Positions 52,118 to 61,916 of a DNA stretch of 64,000 nucleotides are shown here, in pieces; within the stretch, counting starts at the first letter, position 1; each line of letters starts with the position of its first letter. The notes beneath the pieces were generated by a model. That model ran no database searches. It had not been told where the DNA came from and saw nothing but the letters and a program-made list of their open reading frames with translations. This DNA is from Vicugna vicugna (Eukaryota). The translations under genes and the position numbers were made by a program. The stretch spans positions 1 to 64,000 of the forward strand of contig MU057889.1 in assembly GCA_013265495.1 (NCBI GenBank), given 5' to 3'.

Positions 52118-53596
52118 TTTTTTTTTTTTTTTAAGAACACCGTATTAACTTTATTCTAAGTCTCCATAGCTCCCCCAGGCCATCGGGCCAGTAGCAGGAA
52201 CAGGCCTCAGGCCTGTGAGGTTACAGGGTTCAACACGAAGTATTTTTCTAGCACCAAAATGCATTTCCTCCTAGTCCTGGGGCGCCGGCAAGAGCCCTGG
52301 GTGGTGGGAGCACCTCCACCCATTGAGAAGGGGGCTCGGCGCTCGGCGCCCCAGAAAGCCGCAGCTACTGGCCGAGCGCCGTGGAAGAACCCAGCCTCAC
52401 CCAAGCTCCCGGCGCGACATCGCCCTAAGGTCTGCGGGCCGCTGAGGCGGAGAAAATGGTCGCAAGGGAGGAAGGGACCGAGCGTGCGAGGGGCGTGAGG
52501 CTGCCGGCTATGCGCGTCCCCACGGGCTCGGGGAACCAGGGTCCCGGCGCCCGAGCCTCTCCCCGCGGGCCCTGGCTGGGGAGGTGACATGCCATCCCGC
52601 CCCCTCCCGCCGGCCTAGCCCGGCCACTCCCGTCGCCTGAGCCTCGTGCCCACCCGCCCACCAGGCCCGGCTCTCACCGTCCTCAGGTTCACACAGCCCA
52701 AGGGGCGGCGGGCGATCACGTCACTGCAGACCCGGATGCAGAGGATGGCCCGGCCGGGCTGAACCTGTCGCGGAGCATCGCCTCGGTCACATCGGGGTGA
52801 GGCCACGGGGACGCTGGGGTTCACCCTGCCTCAGGCCGCGACCTTTCTGTGAGGAGAAAAGCGGGTGCAGGGCCGGGGGCGGAGCAGGAGCCGGAGGGCG
52901 GGGAACGAGGGCAAGCGCCGAGGGCCAAAAGTCACCCGGACTCGAAAACTACGCCGCCGCCGTAGGACGGGGTCGATGGGCTGCAGGCCGGGCCGCCAGG
53001 GCGGCGGTGTCGGGGCCGCGCAGCCAGGAGGCCTCGGCCGCCTGGTTCCCTCGGGGAGCTGCTGAGGCGCTGCGGGCCGGCGGGTGGGTCGGTCTTGGCT
53101 GCTTCACCGGGTTATTTCATAAAAGAGGAAGAAATACTTCTCCAGCCAGGAAGACGCGGATTTCTTGTAAAAATTTTTGAGGGATTTTAAAAGATTGTTA
53201 TTTAGAGTTTTTTTTAAATAATAAATGTGTGACTGATGAGGGATGTTGAGGGTAGGGGAATATATATATGTGTGGGTGGGGAGGGCTTTGTGGGAACTCT
53301 GTATTTTCTGCTCAATTCTGTTGTGAACCTGAAACTACTCTAAAAGAATAAAGTCTATTAAAAATAATAATAGAAGGATATTTTAATTATAAAGTTCTAA
53401 ATGGGCATTTTAAATCGTGGTGTTTACCCATTTGAACTCCTCGAGGCAGCAGTGCCTAAAGACATTAACTGTGGGATTTTTCAGATATATATGCCAATAA
53501 ATTCCTTTTCCTTAAAAAAAAAATGATAATAAATGTGTGATCGGAGCCAGGAGCACACACTCGGTCCACACTCAGCACTAACTGCTGGGGGAAGGG
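52118..53596 (-). pseudogene. PABPC1: PABPC1-derived retrocopy: 5'TOP, 5'UTR, degenerate exon 1, retained intron-like sequence, AATAAA and poly(A)
   Basis: Minus strand starts CCCTTCCCCCAGCAGTTAGTGCTGAG and contains an A-rich tract and TGAAATAACCCGGTGAAGCAGCC..GAAAGGTCGCGGCCTG, all matching the PABPC1 5'UTR as recalled. The CDS remnant reads (V)NPS..HPDVTEAML..FSPAG..ILCIRVCSDVIARRPLG..VN. GACG|GTGAG at 52678/52677, AATAAA 52155-52150, A15 52132-52118. Confidence 0.85.
53233..53525 (+). mobile_element. Nested retroposed fragment (L1MC-like 3' end, MLT-like poly(A) region, A10) with a 15-bp TSD
   Basis: ATAATAAATGTGTGA at both 53218-53232 and 53526-53540; AATAAA 53496-53501; A-run 53514-53523. 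Confidence 0.8.
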
Positions 53597-54727
53597 ATTT
53601 TGTTGGTGGTTTTCTCTGCTACGCAAAAGCTTTTAAGTTTGATTAGGTCCCGTTTGTTTATTTTTGCTTTTATTTCCTTTACTTTAGGAGACGGATCCAA
53701 AAAAATACTGCTGCGATTTATGTGAAAGTGTGTTCTGCCTATGTTTTCCTCTGGGAGTTTTATAGTATCCGGTCTTACGTTTAGGTCTTTAATCCATTTT
53801 GAGTTTATTTTTGCATAGGATGTAAGAGAATGTTTAATTTTGTTCTGTTACATGTAGCTGTTCAGTTTTTCCAGCCATGCTTATTAAAGACACTGTCTTT
53901 TCTCCAGTGTATATTATTGCTTCTTTTGTCATAGCTTAATTGACCGTAAGTTCATGGATTTATTTCTGGGCTCTCTATCCTCTTCCATTTATCTGCGTGT
54001 CTGTTTTTGTCATTAATCTATGTGCCAGTACCATACTGTTTTGATGCTGGCCTCATAGAATGAATTCAGAAGTGTTCCTTCCTCTGCAATTTCTTGGAGT
54101 ATTTTCAAAAGAATATGTGTTAATTCTTCTCTAAATGTTTGGTAGAATTCACCTATGAAGTCATCTGGTTCTGGACTTTTGTTTGTTGTGAGTTTTAAAA
54201 GTACTAATTCAGCTTAAAGTACTGGTAATTTGTATGTTCATATTTTCTATTTCTTCCTTGTTCAGTTTTGGGAGCTTGCTTAGATGTGATACTGGAGAAG
54301 GGCTCCCAGAAGAGCGCTGGAGACCATGCCACCCGCTTCAATTCCCACAGACTTCCCACTGAGGCCATCGAAGCTTTCTTGGGTTTTCCCTAAACTCCCG
54401 GAACACACACAAACAACACGGTGAGGATCACAGCTGTATTATCTGTGTTCTGCTTTGCTGTTAATTTTCAAAACAAACAAACAAAAATAATATAATGTGT
54501 GGTAGTGAAAAAAGCTTTATCTAGAAAAACCTCAGACTCTCTGTATAAGCCTGGATATTTACATCTGTAAGCCTCAGTTTCCTGATCAGTAAAGAGAGCA
54601 GAGTTCACTAGATGTAAGGCAGCTTGCCCCTCCAGTCATCTAAGGAGCTGGCACAGAGCTGAGCCCTTTGAGGTGCTGGACTTGGCACATCTCTGTGCTC
54701 CCATATGAGCCCAAGAGCTCTCCAGAC

Positions 54728-55063
54728 GGGGATCATCACCTGTGACCTATGGGCCAAATCCAGCCCACCGCCTGCTCCTGGATGGTGCATGCACTAAGGA
54801 TGGTTTTCACATTTTTTAAACGTTGGAAAAATTCAAGAGAAGAATAGTATTTTATAATATGTGAAAACTATATGAAGTTCAAATTTGAGGATCCATGAAT
54901 AAAGTTTTGTTAGAACACAGTCATATTCATTCATTTACATATTTTCTGTGGCTGATTTTGAGCTACACATGGCAGAGTTGAATAGTTATAATGGAGACCA
55001 TACGGCTCTCAAAGCCTAAAATATTTACTCTCTGGTCCTTTAAAGAAAAGCTTGCCTATCCTC
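54728..55063. mobile_element. hAT-Charlie MITE (MER58B-like)
   Basis: gggccaaatccagcccaccgcctg..aaagcctaaaatatttactctctggtcctttaaagaaaag. Confidence 0.75.
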
Positions 55064-56690
55064 GCTCCAATAAATAACTTGTAGATTGTGGAGAGAAGTA
55101 TTGTGAACTTTGGAGACAGGTTGGGTGGAAATCTGCTTCCGTAGTTTTGGGAAACTATCACACCTCTCTAGGCTTTCGGTCCCTCATCTACAACATGGGA
55201 ACAGTAATAGTACATCCCCACCAAAATTTTCTGCAGACACCTCCCAAATGAACTATCACATTAGAATTCTTGTCTCAGGCTCTGCTTCAGGTGAACTCAA
55301 ACCATGACCGTGGGAAGGACGAGAAAAGCCTCGAGTGTGCAGAATCCATTCTTCTGTGAAAAGTGGGGTTCCCGGTCAGGTTTTGAGAGGCTGCCTCCCC
55401 CAGAGCTCTACTCCAGTTCACATCATCCACCGCCTGAGCCTAGGACTCATCTCCCAAAATACTGAGCAAGGCAGCTGTGCACAACAGGCTGAATTTTCTC
55501 ACTGAGCAAATGCTGGAAAGGCCCTGGGTCCAGAGAAGACCTGCGCATCAGGGAGATGGGGAGGCTGGAGCAGGACCTGGTTACCCCCCGGGCTTGGGGG
55601 GGGTGGGTCCTCGGTGGCTATAGTGCTGTGAGGGCAGTCAGTAGAAAAGCAAACTGACCTTCCTGGACTCCAGGTGAACCTTGCCCCTTCCCCTCCCGGA
55701 TGTATGTGGGGGATGACTCCCTCCCGTCTGCAGCACTGCTGAGGGCACCTGGCCAACGGACACCTCCCCCACTGGATTTATAGCCTGGACTCATTGCAAA
55801 TGTGAAGGGGACGCGGTGGGGTGCATTGTACTTACGAAGCCCCTCCTGACGCCTCTCATTTATCGTCTTCAGGAATCCGTCCATCTGTTAGTTCCCTCTG
55901 AAAACTTCTAAGGTCCCAATTTTCCAGTAGAAATTCTGAACAATCCAGTGACTCCCCTTTGCAGACAGTTGCTAACATCTCTGCTGCTCCAGAAGATAGA
56001 CTTTGCTGCCCCTTAATCTCCTTCCTCCTCCTCTTCCTCCTTTCTTCCCCTTCCTAGGCAGCCTTGTCTGTGGCCTACCTCAGACCACAGATCTCTCTTT
56101 TTCGGTGGCCATAATGCTCACAAGCCCTTCCTAGGTCCAAAGTCTATGCTGCATTTGGAGGTGGACAGGTGTAAGTTCCACTTCTGTGTTAGATCGCTTT
56201 ATCATAAGTGCCTCCATTTTTTACTGATTTAAGCCACCAATAACTTCAGAGATTTGTGTCACAACACCTAGCTCACTCAACTAACATATCATTTGTGGAC
56301 CTCCTCACACTCCCACCATTTTCAGCTTTTGAAGACTCTCCCTTCTCCTTCAGCTCCTTCTTCCGGAACACAAACAATCACAATTTCATAGTCTTCCCCA
56401 GACACTGCCTTTTTAAGCAGCAATCAATGCGACTGAAGATTAGAGCCAGAAAAAGTACCCTTGGACCTCACTATGCCCGCCACTTTTTCACTCCAGTTTG
56501 GTTTTAAAGACCATCCTGAGGGCATTTCACAATGAAGGGAAGGACATGGAGCCTGAAAACAAAATGAGACTGAGGCTGCTTCTCACAGGGGACCTGTATT
56601 CAGATCACAGAGTCTCAGAGACTGTGGTAGCAGAAAGAGATGCTCAGTTAGCTTTAACCACCAGATCAGGGCAAAAGCTGGGCGCTGTCT

Positions 56691-59600
56691 TTAGAATTTG
56701 TTGCAGAGAGGTGAGTCATGGCAGCATTTAAACTCCACAGTAGTGATGCGATTAAAGAGCTTCATGGGAATACATAGGCTGCTACAACCCTGGTATCCAT
56801 AGGAAACGGTGTCACCTGGAGAGAGGCAGAGAAGAGGGCAAGTGAGGACCCAGAACCCAGGTTGCAGGCCTGTGGGTGTGGGGTCCAGCATGTCCTGGTG
56901 TGCAGCTCAGTAAATATTCCAGAATAAATCCGAGGACCAGTGCATCAACAAACTAATCAAGGAATGAGGGGAAAACAGCACTTTCCATGAAGAACTCATA
57001 CTCTTGGTAAATATCTGCCTCCTGGGATTGAGATGCTGGAGGTGGGGCCCCCTAGTGGAATCTCCTAGGATAGCTCTGCAAACTTCGCTCAATCAGCTCC
57101 CCTCAAAAAACACACACAAGAGAGGATGAACAAACACTGCCCTCCTCCCTCCTCTCCCCCAACCTCTGTCCCTAGTTCCCCAAACCCCATCACAGTCAGG
57201 TCCCACTCTGGGGAATTTCAGCACCCCAATTCTAGTCACCCTCAGGAGCTAAACAAAAGACCCCTACTTCAGTTACAGGTCACCATCCCAGTTAAGGGCC
57301 ACTGGGAGCCCAGTACCAGAATGAGATGATACTGCTTCATCTGTTCAGGTTAAAAGAAGAAAACTACCCCCTTTCTATGCTGCTCCTACTCCCAGGGCTC
57401 CTGAGGGGCCACCTCCCTGAGTCCTACAGCCACCCCACCTTGTCCTTGGGGCCCAAGCTCTCATGGAGTCCCACGTGGAGAGGTTCATTCTACCCCCATC
57501 ACCACCACCCCAACACCCACTGCCAGCCTCTAACCTCAGGCAAAGGTCACCCAGGAGACCTCAGGCCCCACCTACCTTCGTAGACCTTCTTCAGGAAGCA
57601 CTCCTCGCTGCCTTGAGTCTGGCAGAAGCTTTCTCCAGTCTCACAGACCCCGCTGGCATTGAATCGTTCACACTGGAAACACTGTAAAGCTGGAAAGTCA
57701 AACCAGCATAGTGAGGCTCTTCCAGCCCAACCTCCCCGCTGGTCAGAAGACAGCGCGCACCTCTGAGCCAGGTGCGGCCTGGGCGCGGACCGGTTCCCAC
57801 CACCTGAAGCATGTGCTTGGTGTGTGCGTCACTAGGCACAGGGTCTGCACCTGAGCACGGACGGCTCTTCCTGTCCCCCCAGGAATGGGCTGTGCTGCTA
57901 GAGGAAGGTCAGGCCCTTCACTGCAGCCCTGCTGCCCCCACTTGCCAGCTGGCTACCACACCCAGCCCAGGAGACACCACTGAAAACATGCTCCACGTGA
58001 ATGGCACCTGCAGAGGCAGAACAGGTGGCTGCTGGAGTTGTGTGAGGAGTCGGCGCTGCCCAGCCCTGCTCTTTCCTTGCTGCAGCTTCATGAGGCCCCC
58101 CTCCCCCGTCCTCCATCACACTGAGCTGGCTCGCTCCCTCCACTCTCCCCTTTCATCTGAGGAGTAGGGCTCGGAGGAGGACCCCAGGACTCAGCCTATA
58201 AGGAGAGCTGAAGGAGGCAGGGAGGGGAGAGAGAGGGGTGGGAGGAAGCAGGATGGGAAGTAAAAGAGAAGATGGGATGAGAGTGAGGTGAGCTAGGGGG
58301 AGACTGAGGGGAGAAGGAAGGGCGGGAGGAGCTGCAGCTCCTGACTCCTCCTTGGGATAAGCACCCAGCAGCCCCTGCGCTGTTCAACAGTGAGCACCTG
58401 ACGTGTGCAAGGCACTATTCCAGGTGTTGGGCTGGGAACAGAGCGCTGAAGGGAGCCGTGAAACATCCATTCCACTTAATTAAACACTAAACAAATAAAT
58501 GGGGGAAATGACTGACAATGAAGAAATAAGAAAGGTTATTTCAGGTCCTGGTGACTTGTGAAGATGATGAGGCTGAGGAAACGCTGCAGAGAGGGTGTGG
58601 TGAGGCAAAAACATTTTCCGAGGGGTTATGTAAGCTCAAATCGGAGTAATTTTTTAAAAAGTTGACTACTTGACTGGGAGAAGTTGGGAAACTGGTTACA
58701 GGACAAGTGCAAAGAAAGGTTCTGAGGTGGAATTAGCTTGGCCAGTTTGAGAAACAAAAAGAAGAGCACAGGTAAAGTGGAAAAGAGTGAGAACATGATA
58801 ACTTGGGAGTGAAGAGGCCAGCAGGGACCAGACCGTAAGGATGGATCTTCTTACACCTGCATTGTCCAACACGGTAGCCACAGGCCACAGGTGGCTATCA
58901 AGCCTGTGAAATGCAAGCAGTCCAAAGACATAGGCTCTAAGTGAGTTTCAAACACTTAGCACAAAAAATAAAAATTTTAAATTGTTCATCAGTAACTTCG
59001 ATGTTGATTACATGCTGAAATGATAATATTTTAGATATATTGGGTTAAAGTCTACTATTAAAATTGATTTTACACATTCCTTATTTTTTAAAATATGCCT
59101 ACCAGAAAATTTAAAATTACATGTGTAGGTTGGTTTATTTCTTATTTGTACAACACAGGTTAAGCCACCATAAGAATTGGGATTTTATTCAAACTTGGAG
59201 GAGGCCACTAGAGGTTTTTAAATAGGGAGTGACATTAACTGGTTTCTGTTTTGCAAGTACACTCTGGCAGATGTGCAGACAGTAGATTTTAAAGAAGGAG
59301 AGAGTAACAGAAGCCCGGGAAAGAGGTAGCAGAAAGAGGAAGTTGAGAATAAAGCCACCAGTCAACTGAGTCAATGTAAGACACGAGAAATTAAAGGTCA
59401 AGTATGGACCTAATTAAACTTATAAGCTTTTGTATAGCAAAGGAAACCATAAGCAAAACAAAATGACAACCTACAGAATGCGAGAAAGTATTTGCATATG
59501 ATGCGACTGACAAAGGCTTAATCTCCAGAATATATAAACAGCTCATACAACTTAATAACAAACACCAAACAACCCAATCCGAAAACAGGCAGAAGACCTA

Positions 59601-61676
59601 AACAAGCACTTCTCCAGTGAAGACATACAAATGGCCAATAGGCGCATGAAAAAATGCTCAATATCACTAATTATCAGAGAAATGCAAATCAAAACTATAA
59701 TGAGGTATCACCTCACACCAGTCATTCAAAAGTCCACGAATGATAAATGCTGGAGAGGCCGTGGAGAAAAGGGAACCCTCCTGCACTGCTGGTGGGAATG
59801 TAGTTTGGTGCAGCCATAATGGAAAACAGTATGGAGAGTCCTCAAAAAACTAAAAATAGACTTACCACATGACCCAGCAATCCAACTTCTGAGCATATAT
59901 CTGGAGGGAACTCTAATTTGAAAAGATACATGCACCCCAATGTTCATAGCAGCACTATGTATACAATAGCCAAGACATAGAGACAACCTAAATGTCCATC
60001 AATAGATGACTGGATAAAGAAGTTGTTTTATGTTTATACAGTGGAATACTACTGTAATGGCTGTAGATAATTCACATGCAGTTTCTTTCCATAATACGGA
60101 AAATATTTTAAGTCTATCTTTCTATTGGAAGGATAAGTGGCTAGAACTGCTGTGTTTGCACTCTTCAAAATACACTCTATCCTTGGCTCTCCTTGAGGCT
60201 TTAATCCAATTATTCTGTTCATTTTCACAAGAATACAAGGGTTTCCTCTGGAGTAGCCAAACTCCGGGTCATCCACACCATCGCATGCTTCAAGTAAGAC
60301 AAGAGGAAATTGACTTGCAACGTTAACTGGACCCTTCTGTTCAAACAGTGCTCCATCAGGACAAACTGTGAGATTCTTCAGTTCTTCTAAGTCATATGGC
60401 TTTAGGAACTTCTTAAGGTCATCAATGTACCCTTGATAGGACTGTGGATCTGACCTGCTGAATGAGTAATCCAACGCAGTCATTGGTTTTGGAAAAACCA
60501 TAAGTCCTGGACTAGGAATCTGGTCACGGTATTTTGGAACCTCATCATTCAGGGTCTGAAGCATAACCCACATTGTGAACGAAAAGAGTGCCGCCAGGAA
60601 CCCATAAAAGGTTACGGAGAAGAGCAAGATCAAGCCGCAGCTCTTGGCGGTGCGCCCAGGAACTCCCCAGTGGTCGGACTGTAGATGAAGAGCCTCCACT
60701 CGGCCGGGCTTTGGTTGAGGACTTCCCTCGCTTCGCTTCGCCGCGGTGTGTGTGCCGACGGCGAGGGGAGCGGCGGCCGCGAGGCAGGAGGCGGCGGGAA
60801 CACGGCGGCGCATCCCGGATGGAGCGGCGGCAGGCGGCCGGCAGAGGAGACCTCCCGGTTGCCGTGGGCGCTCCAGCCAGTGTTCCACACTTTTTTGTTT
60901 TTGCTAAAAAGCCCCTCAAATTGGTTGCATTTTGGTCATGCAGTATAGTGTCCAACTTCACTTTTTGATGTTTCACAGCCGACAGCCTTGAAGTCTCTCC
61001 CCTTGCCCCCCCCCCCCCCAGCGCCAGGAGCCCCCTCCTTCACCACTGGTGGGAGTTTCAAACCACACACGCCCCGGCCTGCAGGAAGGAGCCTCGCCCT
61101 GCCGCTCTCCCTCTCCGCCGTATAAATTCAAGACTGTCTCCTTTCTCAGCTCCCTCAAGCCATTTTGAGACCAGCTTGACAGTAAGCCCTGCTCTCCCAA
61201 GAAAGCCTCATTAGGTAAGTAATAAACTTTTTCATTCCCTCCTGGTACATGTGTGGCATCGCCAGTCTTGACAGCTGAACCGAATTTTGGGTGAGGGTCC
61301 ATCCTGTTTCTGCAGGATAACCCCAGCAGTTTGAAATCTTAAAGCATTCAACAAATGGGGTACCCAAGCACTTCAGCTTTCAAAAATGTTTAAAGCAGTT
61401 GAAATCAAGAGGCTCTGAAGCAGGAAGATATTAATGTATCCCCAGAAAAGCAAAATGACCTTCTTAAATCATAATGTATATGGTAGTCTTATCTGTTGGA
61501 CATTCCAATGTCAAGGCAGGGAGACGTAGAGTCAAACAGGTGACGCCTGGAAACATAACCTGCCACTCATACAGATTCTCCGTAGTCCCCCTGCCTTCCT
61601 GCCCCAGGGACTCACCTTGCAGGGAGCCCAGCAGCAAGGACAGGACCACCAGCAGCAGCAGGAGGCTCTTACCCAT
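56691..61676 (-). CDS. SOLD1: SOLD1 / PIP-1-like secreted Ly6-domain protein, 99 aa; exons 61676-61616, 57689-57576, 56815-56691
   Basis: [99 protein letters not shown]. Ten Cys, GT-AG phase 1, strongly resembling bovine SOLD1 and porcine PIP-1 as recalled. The gene model is more certain than the symbol. Confidence 0.85.
58855..59160. mobile_element. hAT-Charlie MITE (MER33/MER3-like)
   Basis: gcattgtccaacacggtagccacaggccacaggtggctat..aaattttaaaattacatgtg. Confidence 0.7.
59403..60053 (+). mobile_element. Young L1 internal fragment lacking both ends
   Basis: ORF2 C-terminal region ([18 protein letters not shown]) stops abruptly at gaatactact, with no 3'UTR or poly(A). Confidence 0.9.
60055..60880 (-). 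pseudogene. ATP1B3: ATP1B3 (Na+/K+-ATPase beta-3) processed retrocopy, 3'-truncated, in intron 1 of the SOLD1-like gene
   Basis: Intronless [75 protein letters not shown]. The N-terminal [22 protein letters not shown] lies in another frame (frameshift), the native ATG is lost and the GC-rich 5'UTR is retained. Confidence 0.93.
60975..61325 (+). mobile_element. ERVL LTR (MER74/MER73-like)
   Basis: TATAAAT near 61121 and AATAAA at 61221; 3' part tgtgtggcatc..gaattttgggtgagggtccatcctg matches the family consensus as recalled. Confidence 0.6.
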
Positions 61677-61757
61677 CTCTGGATTCCGCCCCAGCTCCAA
61701 AGATTTGCAAGAGGCAGGACAGAACCACAGTCCTCAAGAGCCTCTGAGATCCCAGAC

Positions 61758-61765
61758 TTATAAAT
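61758..61765 (-). promoter_or_regulatory. TATA-like box of the SOLD1-like gene
   Basis: ATTTATAA on the minus strand about 85 nt upstream of the ATG. Confidence 0.55.
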
Positions 61766-61867
61766 CCAGGCTGGGAGGAGCAGCCAGTGGCCGCCCAGAC
61801 AGAGGACTGCACTTCCTTCAGCAAACAGGGTGCCTGAAGGAACCTGGGCCCTGCATTCCTTCCAGCA

Positions 61868-61916
61868 TTACTGGCCCTGCTCACCTTTACTGGCCCTGCT
61901 CACCTTTACTGGCCCT
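61868..61916. repeat. 19-bp tandem repeat, about 2.6 copies (TTACTGGCCCTGCTCACCT)
   Basis: Directly visible upstream of the SOLD1-like TATA. Confidence 0.85.

Larger units (their letters stand above)
51040..54270 (-). mobile_element. L1 3' portion split by a 1.48-kb insertion (L1 parts 51040-52117 and 53597-54270)
   Basis: L1 sequence ..cccattcagtatgttgcc resumes as attttgttggtggtttttctctgctacgcaaaagc after the insert. Confidence 0.88.

Noticed and set aside
52207..53180. Arg/Gly/Pro-rich ORFs and CpG island read as a native gene promoter
   Set aside because: The DNA is an insertion inside an L1 with a poly(A) tail and is explained by the PABPC1 retrocopy.
60049..60888. 279-aa ORF equal in length to real ATP1B3
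   Set aside because: Coincidence: it starts at a GTG in flanking DNA, has a frameshifted N-terminus and lacks the C-terminus.
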